Part shown: positions 25,201 to 40,511 of the stretch, one piece after another
How the letters are laid out: every line of letters begins with the position of its first letter
Position numbering within the stretch: the stretch's first letter is position 1
Assembly: GCA_002269645.1 (NCBI GenBank)
Contig: NIVC01001499.1
Span: 124,001-188,000, forward strand
Length of the DNA stretch: 64,000 nt
Direction: 5' to 3'
Origin: Macrostomum lignano
Lineage: Eukaryota
Made by a program: the position numbers and the translations under genes
The notes under the pieces: model-generated
Database searches by the model: none
Seen by the model: the letters and a program-made list of their open reading frames with translations, nothing else
What the model was told of the DNA's origin: nothing

Positions 25201-28200
25201 TCATTCTCATGTGTCTCTGATCTCTGTCAATCTCATGTGTCTCTGATCTCTGTCATTCTGATGTGTCTCTGATCCCTGTCATTCTCATGTGTCTCTGATC
25301 CCTGTCATTCTCATGTGTCTCTGATCCCTGTCATTCTCATTCTTGTGTCTCTTAATTATTAGCCTATCTATTTCTATCCATATGACTTTCTGTCCTACAT
25401 TCTCCTTATTATTCTCTAACTTACAAAGCATAATATTATTGTCCTTCTATCTCTCAAGGGCAGTCGCTAAAAATATAGATTCCCAGATATAGAATTTCAT
25501 GGCGTTTTTTGACATTTCTACTGTAATCAAAAAAGACATTGTGTGGGAAATATATTCATTCGTAGCAGATATTGTCTACCCTTTCAGATCACTAAAATAT
25601 ATGAATCTGTCTGTTAGAGTACAATCCGCTGGGTTGAGCGTGCCTTTTGTTTACATATCTTTTATTGACTGCAGAATCAATCGATCGCCAGTTTGGTGCT
25701 TGAAAAACCAGAGACTTCTGCCAGAGCTGAATGGATATTAACAACAGGCAACTTGAAAAACTATCATTTTGTTTGTTGAAAATCGATGGCTTCGTGAGCA
25801 GGACTGAGTTGAATAGTAGCTAAGGATGAGGGACGCCTGGTAGCTAGCTAATGACGTTTTAGTGGATTGGAGTCTACCCTGCAGAATCTCTGTAAGAAGC
25901 ACGAAGATGGATATTGACAAAATGTCCCATTGGCATTGTTACTGAGATAGGAGTGTCAGGTTGACGGAGTGTCAGATTGAAGGAGTGTCAGGCTGACGGA
26001 GTGTCAGGTTGACGGAGTGTCAGGTTGACGGAGTGTCAGGTTGACGGAGTGTCAGGTTGACGGAGTGTCAGATTGAAGGAGTGTCAGGTTGACGGAGTGT
26101 CAGGTTGACGGAGTGTCAGGTTGACGGAGTGTCAGGTTGACGGAGTGTCAGGTTGACGGAGTGTCAGGTTGACGGAGTGTCAGGTTGACGGAGTGTCAGG
26201 TTGACGGAGTGTCAGGTTGACGGTGCGTCAGGTTGACGGAGTGTCAGGTTGAAAGGAGTGTCAGGTTGACGGAGTGTCAGGTTGAAGGAGTGTCAGGTTG
26301 AAGGAGTGTCAGGTTGACGGAGTGTCAGGTTGAAAGAGTGTCAGGTTGAATGAGTGTCAGGTTGAAAGAGTGTCAGGTTGACAGTGTGTCAGGTTGACGG
26401 TGCGTCAGGTTGACGGAGTGTCAGGTTGAAGGAGCGTCAGGTTGAAAGAGTGTCAGGTTGACGGTGCGTCAGGTTGACGGAGTGTCAGGTTGAACGAGTG
26501 TCAGGTTGAAAGAGTGTCAGGTAGACATTGTCAGGTTAAAGGAGTGTCAGTTTGAAGGAGCGTCAGTTTGACTGAGTGTCAGGTTGAAGGAGTGTCAGGT
26601 AGCCGTTGTCAGATTGAAGGAGTGTCAGGTTGAAGGAGTGTCAGGTTGAAGGAGTGTCAGGTTGACGGAGTGTCAGGTTGAACGAGTGTCAGGTTGAAAG
26701 AGTGTCAGGTAGACATTGTCAGGTTAAAGGAGTGTCAGTTTGAAGGAGCGTCAGTTTGACTGAGTGTCAGGTTGAAGGAGTGTCAGGTAGCCGTTGTCAG
26801 ATTGAAGGAGTGTCAGGTTGAAGGAGTGTCAGGTTGAAGGAGTGTCAGGTTGACGGAGTGTCAGGTTGACGGAGTGTCAGGTTGACGGAGTGTCAGGTTG
26901 ACGGAGTGTCAGGTTGACGGAGTGTCAGGTTGACGGTGCGTCAGGTTGACGGAGTGTCAGGTTGAAGGAGTGTCAGGTTGAAGGAGTGTCAGGTTGACGG
27001 TGCGTCAGGTTGACGAAATGTCAGATAGAAAAATCATGGCATGCAGATAGACTAAGCGTCAGATGATAAGCAGACAGGCAGACCAGCTAGACAATATCTG
27101 AGCTTTGAGCAGACTTTTTTTGGCCATAAACTGAACGATGTTTGCCAGTTGATTTTGTATTAAAGGGGATTAACAGCTGTTTTTGATGGCGTACTTTGCA
27201 ATACTGTATTAATATTCAAGTCTCTTGTCAGATCAAATCAGAAACGGTGTGGACCTAAAGTCATCAATTTGATTGCGTGTAGGATTAGAAACGCGTGTCA
27301 GGCTGGTTGTGTCAGAAAGCAAATAACTGGCCATCAGATTGTTACATTATTAATAAAATTTCGGCCATGGATCAGGCACTGCATTTAAGGACGTCGTTTA
27401 CTAAAAATGAAATTAATTTGATTAAGAAGAATTAACAAGATATTTGACTGCTGTGTACCTAGTAATCGGCTTAGCATAGTGCTGTTGATTTCAAATTTTA
27501 AGTCTATTTTTATCAAAATGTGACGCCTATGCACTTTTTGCTGACGCGGGCTGCCTGCGCACTTGTTTCGGCGCTTCACCTTCAACTCTAGCCGATTTTA
27601 GCTGGTCGCCAGTCGATTGGCTGGGGCGCCCCTCGCTCTCTCTCCCTCTCTCTCTCTCTTCCCCCACCCCAGAATTTCTGCGCGCCGATTGGCCAGTCCT
27701 CCCTGCCTCTTTTTTCTCTCCCCCTTTCTCTGTAACCCTCCCCCCTCCTGGTCCAGATTATCAGCTCTACCCTGCGCAGGTTGCTGATTGGCTGGGCTTG
27801 GCTGCAGTCTGCTCTCTTTCCCCCTTTCCTCAGCTGTCCCCTCTCTTACCCTTGAACTCGTGTGGCGACACCTTAAAGCCTCGTTCACACCGCTTTCGAA
27901 TAAGGCCAAATTTCGTGTGATCACACAACGTGTACATCCATTTTGTTTCGTGTGATTTGGTCGGCTCATTTCGATGGCAGTGTGAATATGCCTTAAGAAT
28001 GGGCCTTAGCTCTGCTCTGTACCGTGTTGATGGTCTCTTTAGCTCTTCTCTTCAAACAAAGTTATGTTGTCTTTGACTTAATTATTTAGATCCTAGATTC
28101 ATACTTTACCTGTTTGAACATATCCACGTAGAGACACTTCGGTACGCACACACGTAATTTGGCATCGAAAACAAACCCGTTCACAAGCTCGAAAAGTTTC

Positions 28201-28754
28201 ATGTCAATTTTAGGGCAACCCCAATGAAAACAAGCGCTCACCTGCGGCAGGCTCACGATGCAGCTGCCAGCCCAGGCTCCGGTCAGCAGCCGGCGTCTCA
28301 GCCGGTCCTGTCGAACTCCGCCATAGCTGAACGGGTGCGTCACCGCCCTGGACCGATCCACCGCGATCGCCATGGTAACAAAAGTGGACGAGGCCAGAGC
28401 CACGCACTGCAGAAATTTGAACAGGCGGCACATCCAGTCTCCGGCAATCCACTCCACCGTCAGGAACCAAAGCGCGTCACCAAGTAGGCAGAAAATCGCC
28501 ACAAAAATGTCGGACACCAGCAGGTGCTGAATCAGCTGATTCGCTGCCGGCTGGTTCCGAGCTTTGCGCTGCTCGGTTACTATGCACAGAGTTCGACAGT
28601 TGGACATCAACGCAAAGGCGAATAGAAGCAGAAGGACGGCAACCTGGGCCATGCTCCACTGAGTCAAGGTGGGCATCGGCGGCAGAGTGGTGGTTGCCCC
28701 GCCGAAACCCGTTGGCCCGGTGGCATTGTCAATGATAGCTGAGTTTGTGTTCAT
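19292..28754 (-). CDS. Rhodopsin-class peptide GPCR of the GnRH/AKH/corazonin receptor group, 3 exons, 454 aa
   Basis: Exons 28754-28242, 22842-22620, 19920-19292 (1365 nt, GT-AG, phases 0 and 1). Motifs: LLVSDIFV (TM2), TVEWIAGDWMCR, AIAVDRS (DRY-like), QFQVARGPWETDFYQCV (ECL2, like corazonin receptors), RAKIRSFQM, LWLPYW and NPVVY. Confidence 0.9.
20095..20361 (-). mobile_element. tRNA-derived CORE-like SINE, copy 2
   Basis: Head GGGGTCGCAGCCTAGTGGTTAGAGCGTCGGACTC and the same CORE-like body as copy 1. Confidence 0.85.
20907..21360. mobile_element. Palindromic fold-back element made of 16-bp units TTG(T/A)GAAATTTCGACC
   Basis: 20907-21032 is the reverse complement of sequence in 21061-21315. 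The right arm carries ~12 extra tandem 16-mers. Confidence 0.7.
21605..22415. repeat. ~30-bp minisatellite (CCACTGTCTAACAACAGACACAAGAC(A/G)AAA)
   Basis: Directly visible tandem array in GPCR intron 2. Confidence 0.9.
22435..22520 (-). ncRNA. Degenerate copy A of the minimal hammerhead-like dispersed repeat
   Basis: Stem I arms GTGTACA/TGTACAC and flanks are conserved; the core is scrambled (CTAACTAAATTGATGAGAAA). Confidence 0.3.
22870..23520. repeat. 24-bp minisatellite GTGTCTGTTGTTAGACAGCAGTTT, inverted relative to the 21605-22415 array
   Basis: Shares the 20-mer CTGTCTAACAACAGACACAA with the upstream array in the opposite orientation. Confidence 0.92.
24205..24315. repeat. 16-bp tandem repeat CATATCTCCGACACT(T/C), ~6 units, ending in an inverted TCGGAGATA
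   Basis: Directly visible. Confidence 0.85.
24825..25345. repeat. 26-32-bp minisatellite (GATCTGTGTCATTCTCAT...)
   Basis: Directly visible; unit drifts from ~32 to 26 bp. Confidence 0.85.
25950..27020. repeat. 16-bp minisatellite GGAGTGTCAGGTTGA(C/A), ~65 units, with a 188-bp higher-order duplication
   Basis: The variant block containing GTAGACATTG occurs at both 26521 and 26709. Confidence 0.95.
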
Positions 28755-29329
28755 TATTGATTAGAAGCTCTACCTCTTAAAGTTGCTTTAGTCTAGAAGC
28801 CAGGAGTTTTCATCAGACGAAATGGTTTTTTATGCTGATGAAACAGCAGTTATGACTATTCCTTAGCGGGAGAGATCTCCATGTTTGATTTCATTGGCTG
28901 AGGGGATGCAGAAGGAAGGAAATGCATTAGGGTTGGTTTAGCCATGAATTGCAGAAGTCATCCCAAAAGCTGTGTAAAGAGGCATCGGTCGATATCATGG
29001 AGGCTGGCGGCACTGAGGCTGCTATGGGTTGTTGGCTGCATGGCATGAAACTGTTGTGGTCAAACACAGTGCGCGCTAAAAAAATTTCCATTTCGCATTC
29101 TTGGTGTTGCCTTGTCGTGCGACGGTTTAGCGGCAGTAGCTATAGCATTAAATCAATATCCCAAGACTTCAAGTGCATTCCTGCACCACTGAGAAAAACT
29201 TGTAAAATCGAAGTACCACGTACCGACTTTAAAGTACTTTATTAAATACTGTCTACCACGTGTTATATCCTATTTCGCGACGGGGGAAGGGCAAGAGGTG
29301 CCGCGACCCCCTTTCACCCATTGGCAGGC

Positions 29330-32300
29330 AAAATTATTTGGCGCTGGCGCCCATGGTGCTGGCGAGCATGGTGCTGGCGCCCATGTGCTGGCGCCCCGTG
29401 TTCTGGCACCCCTGGTGCTAAAGACCCTGTTGCTAAAGCCCCTGGTGCTAAAGCCCCTGGTGCTAAAGCCCCTGGTGTTAAATCCCCTGGTGCTAAATCC
29501 CCTGGTGCTAAAGGCCCCTGGTGCTAAAGGCCCTGGTGCAAAAGCCCCTGGTGCTAAATCCCCTGGTGCTAAATCCCCTGGTGCTAAAGCCCCTGGTGCT
29601 AAAGCCCCTAGTGCTAAATCCCCTGGTGCTAAATCCCCTGGTGCTAAATCCCTTGGTGCTAAAGCCCCTGGTGCTAAATCCCTTGGTGCTAAAGCCCCTG
29701 GTGCTAAATCCCCTGGTGCTAAATCCCCTGGTGCTAAATCCCCTGGTGCTAAATCCCTTGGTGCTAAAGCCCCTGGTGCTAAAGCCCCTGGTGCTAAATC
29801 CCCTGGTGCTAAATCCCTTGGTGCTAAAGCCCCTGGTGCTAAAGCCCCTGGTGCTAAATCCCTTGGTGCTAAAGCCCCTGGTGCTAAATCCCCTGGTGCT
29901 AAAGCCCCTGGTGCTAAATCCCCTGGTGCTAAATCCCCTGGTGCTAAAGGCCCTGGTGCTAAAGCCCCTGGTGCTAAATCCCCTGGTGCTAAATCCCCTG
30001 GTGCTAAAGCCCCTGGTGCTAAATCCCCTGGTGCTAAAGCCCCTGGTGCTAAATCCCCTGGTGCTAAATCCCCTGGTGCTAAAGCCCCTGGTGCTAAATC
30101 CCCTGGTGCTAAATCCCCTGGTGCTAAAGGCCCCTGGTGCTAAAGCCCCTGGTGCTAAATCCCCTGGTGCTAAATCCCCTGGTGCTAAATCCCCTGGTGC
30201 TAAATCCCTTGGTGCTAAAGCCCCTAGTGCTAAATCCCCTGGTGCTAAATCCCCTGGTGCTAAATCCCCTGGTGCTAAATCCCTTGGTGCTAAAGCCCCT
30301 GGTGCTAAAGCCCCTGGTGCTAAATCCCCTGGTGCTAAATCCCCTGGTGCTAAATCCCTTGGTGCTAAAGCCCCTGGTGCTAAATCCCCTGGTGCTAAAT
30401 CCCCTGGTGCTAAATCCCCTGGTGCTAAAGCCCCTGGTGCTAAATCCCCTGGTGCTAAAGGCCCCTGGTGCTAAAGCCCCTGGTGCTAAATCCCCTGGTG
30501 CTAAATCCCCTGGTGCTAAATCCCTTGGTGCTAAAGCCCCTGGTGCTAAATCCCCTGGTGCTAAATCCCCTGGTGCTAAATCCCCTGGTGCTAAATCCCT
30601 TGGTGCTAAAGCCCCTGGTGCTAAAGCCCCTGGTGCTAAATCCCTGGTGCTAAATCCCCTGGTGCTAAATCCCTTGGTGCTAAAGCCCCTGGTGCTAAAT
30701 CCCCTGGTGCTAAATCCCCTGGTGCTAAATCCCCTGGTGCTAAATCCCTTGGTGCTAAAGCCCCTGGTGCTAAATCCCCTGGTGCTAAATCCCCTGGTGC
30801 TAAATCCCCTGGTGCTAAATTCCTGGTGCTAAATCCCCTGGTGCTAAATCCCCTGGTGCTAAATCCCCTGGTGCTAAATCCCCTGGTGCTAAATCCCCTG
30901 GTGCTAAATCCCCTGGTGCTAAATCCCCTGGTGCTAAATCCCTTGGTGCTGAAGCCCCTGGTGCTAAAGCCCCTGGTGCTACATGTAAATCCCCTGGTTC
31001 TAAATCCCTTGGTGCTAAAGCCCCTGGTGCTAAAGGCCCCTGGTGCTAAATCCCTTGGTGCTAAAGCCCCTGGTGCTAAATCCCCTGGTGCTAAATCCCC
31101 TGGTGCTAAATCCCTTGGTGCTAAAGCCCCTGGTGCTAAATCCCTTGGTGCTAAAGCCCCTGGTGCTAAATCCCTTGGTGCTAAAGCCCCTGGTGCTAAA
31201 TCCCCTGGTGCTAAAGCCCCTGGTGCTAAATCCTAGTGCTGGTGCTTGCAGCAACTTCCCTACGCTAGACAAAAAAATAAATTTGGCTTAAATTAGCACC
31301 CCATAAAAATGACTGAAACAATAATATTGACAGGAAACCTGCAAGCGCCCTGACAAAACGCCTTCGACGACATTGTCCAAGGACTAAAGCTGAGGGCAAA
31401 TCTGCCCATTTCGCTGACTCCTGAGGACATGCAAGCGTGCCAATACATACTGTACGCAGTATACTGTACGCATACAACACTTGGCTCACACAGGGTGTAC
31501 ATCAGCCCTGGCTTTCTCTAATCGTCATGGCAATGTACACTCTCCGTGCCTTTTGGGTTGGTCCTTTTGGTTGTGAATTGCATGTCAACCTCCAGGCCAA
31601 CATTTTCGCCGCACAAGCCCCAAATGAAAGTGGCAGCGATTATTAATTAAATACTTTATTATTTAATAAAGTATTTAATTACAAGCACCAGCAAGCACCA
31701 GCACTAATAAAAAGTATTTAATTAAAAAGTATTTAAATTAGTATTAAATAAAAAGTAAAAGTATTTTAAAAAACGCAGTAAATACTTAATAAAAAGTATT
31801 TAATTACAAGCACCTGCAAGCACCAGGGGATTTAGCACCAGGGGCTTTAGCACCAAGGGATTTAGGACCAGGGGCCTTTAGCACCAGGGGATTTAGCACC
31901 TGGGGATTTAGTACCAGGGGCCTTTAGCACCAGGGGATTTAGCACCAGGGGCTTTAGCACCAGGGGCTTTAGCACCAGGGGCTTTAGCACCAGGGGATTT
32001 AGCACCTGGGGATTTAGCACCAGGGGATTTAGCACCAGGGGATTTAGCACCAGTGGCTTTAGCACCAGGGGATTTAGCACCATGGGCTTTAGCACCAGGG
32101 GCGCCAGCACCATGGGCTTTAGCACCAGGGGATTTAGCACCAAGGGCTTTAGCACCAGGGGCGCCAGCACCAGGGGCTTTAGCACCAGGGGCTTTAGCAC
32201 CACGGGCTTTAGCACCAGGGGATTTAGCACCAGGGGATTTAGCACCAGGGGATTTAGCACCAGGGGCTTTAGCACCAGGGGCTTTAGCACCAGGGGCTTT

Positions 32301-32341
32301 AGCACCAGGGGCTTTAGCACCAGGGGCTTTAGCACCAGGGG
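29330..32341. repeat. Fold-back structure of 18-bp satellite CCCCTGGTGCTAAA(G/T)C: ~1.9-kb forward arm (29330-31240), ~0.55-kb reverse arm (31800-32341), ~0.55-kb spacer
   Basis: Forward units in the left arm and GCACCAGGGG(A/G)TTTA units in the right arm. Junction motifs GTGCTGGTGCTTG and CAAGCACCAGCAC are also inverted. Confidence 0.92.
31485..31565 (-). ncRNA. Degenerate copy B of the minimal hammerhead-like repeat, inside the fold-back spacer
   Basis: Minus strand: GTGTACATTGC CATGACGA TTAGA GAAA GCC AG GGC TG ATGTACAC. Confidence 0.35.
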
Positions 32342-33177
32342 TCCCAGTAGTTCCGTTGGTTTTGTTTTAATTAAAAAAGTGCTTCTGCGCGTAGACGACA
32401 GTCACAAACTGGGACAGAAAAAAAGTTTCAATTCAATTTTCAGGCAGTCACGATTTAAATCAAACAATTGAAATTAAATTTGCAGATGTCTGCAGATTTT
32501 TTATGGTGGCAAAGGCCACTCGTCAAATTTAATCTAGATTATCGAGAGGCCGTGAGTTAGGATATAGGGTTAGGGTATTGGTCGCTAGTCCATTGTTGTC
32601 ACATGCAGGCTGACTGCTTACTGACTGCTTAGAAGTGCTCAGGACGGATTATAGAGTAGCTACCCGGAAGTGCTCAGACGAGTCTAGACCGCAAGCAAGC
32701 AAGAAAGTTCTCAAGGATGCATTAGACAGGATAAATATGAACATGGCTATGATGCGATCAAGAATCGGGTTTAGTGGGGGAGGGGGGTATCCGAGGTCCG
32801 TAATAAAAAATGAAAAACATTTCAGTGTAATAAGACGCTGCCCAGATGAAGGGGATAAAGTGATCAACACCGACTGAGCTTCTTCTTTGTGAACGATTTG
32901 CAAGGGCGACAGACAGAGGTGAGGCAAAATTTTTCAAGACAAAGCAGAAAGACAGGCAGTAGCGATTCCCAGCTATTTGAGCGCTGTCTAATCCTGCTGT
33001 AAAACTGGATACCCCCTGTCCATCTGTCTTTGAAGGAACTGAAAGGAATATCTGATTGCTAATGGAACAATAACCTGCACAGTGCACTTTTCTTCTGGTT
33101 AATATTCAGCTGTAAACATTGTTGATTCTTAACAAAAAATAAAAAAACAATTCTGGTAAGCATACCAACACGCCTGC

Positions 33178-34830
<1,653 letters not shown>

Positions 34831-35404
34831 TTCAAGTAGTGTTGTGGTCTCTCTCTCTTTTTTGACTCTATTTTAATCTATAAAGTAATAAAAACCACCG
34901 GTACTAAAAACTTATTTCTAGCAATGCTCAGCTGACACTATAGCTCATGAAACTAGATTAGAAAAAAATGATGTGCTTGGCAAAGTGGTTTTAAGCACAA
35001 ACAGAATTTTCATGCCAGCCACAGAGCCAGGCCGAGACGGAATTAATACAATGAACAAACTGGCCACTCTCTTCTCTTGCATTTAATTAATTTTCAGATG
35101 CTCTTCATCTTTTGAATCTCAGTTGGGGGGCTATAGCTTTGTGTTAGTTAATTCATTTTTAATGCACTTTTCAGTTGCTTTTAGCGGTTGCTCATTCTTT
35201 TTCTTATTGTCAGCTAACAAGGGCTGTCTGTTAACTGATTTCGCAGTGACAGAAGCACTTATTTTGATGAAAAATCTTTAACATTCGGAGCATTTCAATG
35301 GCGAATGAATCATTTCAGTCTGGACTGATCCAGGTTAGGTTTGTAAAACAATATTGCTGGTGGAGACACGGGCTCCGGGTTAACACACAAAAAAACTAAA
35401 AACC

Positions 35405-35462
35405 TGCAGAGGCTCTGGCTTTCTAATCGTCAGGCTGTGTACACTCTCTGTACTTTGGTTGG
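35405..35462 (-). ncRNA. Copy C of the minimal hammerhead-like repeat (core intact, 3' arm of stem I lost)
   Basis: Minus strand: GAGAGTGTACACAGC CTGACGA TTA GAAA GCCAGAGCC. Confidence 0.4.
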
Positions 35463-36089
35463 GGGGGGGGGGGGTTCTCAAGCAGAAAAACGGGAAAGCT
35501 CGTTCCTTGCATGGTAAATTTTAGGTGGCAGCAGGTAAGGTCTTACCGAAAAATACATTACGTTTCGTAGATACGAGGTTCTTATATTTCAGCACAAAAA
35601 TTGTTATTGCTTTTGATAGCAGGCAGACCTAATGTTCAGGTTTTGATGCCTGAAAAGTCATGAAAATGTCCATCTCGACATTTTATGAATCTATTTTATC
35701 ATTATGTTACATATTTTGTTACATAGTCATCAGGCAAAGAATAATCCTAATTTTTTAAACAAAAAGCTTTAAAAATAGCAATAGCGCTGTGAAAAATGAA
35801 AGCTTCCTAATTTCCCGTCCCACTTGAATAGTCATTGGTATTTAGTATGCTCCTCTAGAGAGAACGCACAGCGCTGGGTGGGATTTATCCATGGGGTGTT
35901 CCAGTTCATTTCTAAGAAAATCAAGTATAACGATTTTATTATAGGCAGGGGGGTTGTGTGTACCCTGATGCACTTTAAGCGACATTGTCGCACAACCGGT
36001 GAGAGGCATTGCTGCCCATTCCGCCGACTCCCCCTGAGCAGGCGCACAAGCGCGCGGATACGTACGCAGTCACACGCGCAGGCACACAC

Positions 36090-36170
36090 TCACACAGGAG
36101 TGTACAGCGGCCCTAACTTTATTTATCGTTAGGCATGTACACTTCACTGTGCCTTGGGGGTTGGCCTTCC
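36090..36170 (-). ncRNA. Degenerate copy D of the minimal hammerhead-like repeat
   Basis: Minus strand: GTGTACATGC CTAACGA TAAA TAAA GTTAGGGCC GCTGTACAC. Stem I is intact and the core is mutated. Confidence 0.35.
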
Positions 36171-36946
36171 GCAGGGGCGTTAATTGCGCGATCAGAGCCA
36201 AGCCGAGATTCCGATTTAGCCCCAAATTAATGACTGACTGCACTATAGGAATCGAGCCTGGGCGGCCTCGGAGTCCATGGTCAGAACGAGGCTTGAATGC
36301 AATCAGACAGACTAGCTGGTCAAGCCTATCTATTTTATCACAGGAGGGATTATATAAATGTGTTCGAGAATTGATTGCTATGAGTCTCTAAGGTTTTCGA
36401 ATATATGTGTATTTAGACCCGAAAAATAAATTAAAAACAGAGTCAGGAGAGTAGAATCCCATAATACTGATGAGACAGCAAGTTCCATATTGCAATAGTG
36501 CTTCATCTCTGTGCCTGTTTATTGCTATATGCAATTGATGCATGATCGGTCCCCACAAATTTCAGCCTCTCGCGTCATAACACGAGTATACATAAAAGCC
36601 AGCTATAGAAGGCATATACTCGTATAGTAGTAGTGCACGCATGAATATGCACTTAGTCATATATAGATCCAAATTTTGTGCAAACATTTGTCACACCTCC
36701 AAGCTCTCGTGTTTGCCCGGCAGAAGCGCCGCAGTCTGCAGTCTGCAGTCCGACAGCCTCTCAGTCTCTTGCCCTTATGCTTACATAGCTGGTTGCTTGT
36801 CAACCTGGTTAAGCCTAAAGCTTTGACACTGAGGGACTCAATATAAAGCAATTGCCAGCTGGGCGAAAGATCATGGACTGCTTCAAGGAGAATCTGGATT
36901 GGAGTGCCAATGTCAACTCTTCAGTCAGGTCGTTTTATTATAATTT

Positions 36947-36963
36947 CTGTCTGTCTGTCTGGC

Positions 36964-37032
<69 letters not shown>

Positions 37033-37053
37033 GCCTGCCTGTCTGTCTGTCTG

Positions 37054-37089
<36 letters not shown>

Positions 37090-37092
37090 GAC

Positions 37093-37125
<33 letters not shown>

Positions 37126-37137
37126 GCCTGTCTGCCT

Positions 37138-37217
<80 letters not shown>

Positions 37218-37309
37218 GGTCTGTCTGTCTGTCTGTCTTAGTGTCTGTCTTAGTGTCTGTCTTAGTGTCTGTCTTAGTGTCTGCCTGTCTGCCTGTCTGC
37301 CTGTCTGCC

Positions 37310-37358
<49 letters not shown>

Positions 37359-37398
37359 TAGTGTCTGCCTGTCTGCCTGTCTGCCTGTCTGCCTGCCT

Positions 37399-37429
<31 letters not shown>

Positions 37430-37432
37430 CGT
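36947..37432. repeat. (GTCT)n microsatellite with GCCT and 12-bp TAGTGTCTGTCT variants
   Basis: Directly visible. Confidence 0.95.
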
Positions 37433-38116
37433 CAGGGCACAGCATGATGACTTGGCAGTTAAAAGCCGCTAGTCCAATTTCTAGTTGAAAATCTCCTTGG
37501 AAAGACCTGAAAGATGGACAGATTGAGCCGAGCGTACTCCGAGACCCAGTCCGGTTTTATTGTTCCAAATCAAAAACCCGCTTGCTGCATGAGTCTGGGG
37601 CTGAGTTGTAGTTAGCCATTAACCAACCACACAATGCTAACGTGTGTCCACTAACGGAAGTTTTTGCGCATTGGCTTAAGGAAAGTATTTTTTATTCCAG
37701 CTCAAATTCTCTCCTCCAGTTCTGTAGACTCGCAGTTTTCTTTCTGTTATAAGTGCTGCTTCTAAAAGAAAAGAAAAAGAGGCACTCAGGTGTGCAGAAG
37801 AGCTAGAACAGAGTGAAAACACACGAGTTAAAAGGAGACGGGCCAGCCAACCAACTTAGCTGAGCTCTCCAGTTGTGGCCAGTCAAGCCATTGTAAAACC
37901 TGCCATCTCCCACCACCCCCCTAAAAACTCAGCTTTAAGAGGAGCTCAGCTAATTATGAATTATTAATCGTTAGGCCAACGCTTTCTTTCCACCCATCTC
38001 TGTCCCTACTTGCTGCTGCTGCTACTCCCGGACTACAAAATTGATTACAAAAATGTTTTACCGCGGCTAGTCCAGTCTGTCCCCGCTTACCTGCTTCTCC
38101 GGATCTGCTTGGAAGT

Positions 38117-39959
<1,843 letters not shown>

Positions 39960-40511
39960 CGCGGCCCGACGGAAAGGCTGCAGCAAAATTTGCAATTGTT
40001 ACCAAGAAAGAATATTTTTGCTTTGATTTTGTTTTTACTGCATTTCAACGTCCTCCCCCCCCCGTTCATTCAAGTACAACTGTCCTTTGCACTAATCAGC
40101 TGTTGGATGTTGTTAACTAGAAAATAAAATGCGCTTTTTCTGCAGTATCAGCCAACGAAATTATCTAAAATAGGAAACCGAACAGCAGTTATTACGAGCG
40201 TATTTTAAGGACAAGTTTTTGCATTTTAGAATGAGCTGATTCTTTAACGAAAGAACAGTTCACTTTAGGTTCAGAGCCTGCTAGTTTCCTCTCTCATGAA
40301 GGTTTTTATGGCATTGACTATAGTCGCAGTCACAGTTTTATAAGACCGCTCTTTGCTGCGAAAATTTATTATCTTATCAAAATTTTACAGTTGTCTAAAA
40401 CAAAGTCTCAGATTCTATATAAGCTCGAGATTCTTAGAGCCTTTTTCTAATTCCTGCTTGTCTTTGGTGACATTTTTGATCTGATATTCTTGTTTCAAAG
40501 CAATTAGGATC

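Noticed and set aside
28210-28659. Alternative-frame and antisense ORFs overlapping GPCR exon 1 (also over the ankyrin, neuropeptide and slit exons)
   Set aside because: Shadow ORFs of GC-rich coding sequence.
29298-32471. KAPG/KSPG and [10 protein letters not shown] ORFs resembling histone H1 tails or collagen-like repeats
   Set aside because: They are frames of an 18-bp satellite, shift frame repeatedly, occur in both orientations and lack splice context.
36870-36946. FKENLDWSANVNSSVRS, like the C-terminal region of a LINE reverse transcriptase
   Set aside because: Too short, with no neighbouring RT motifs.
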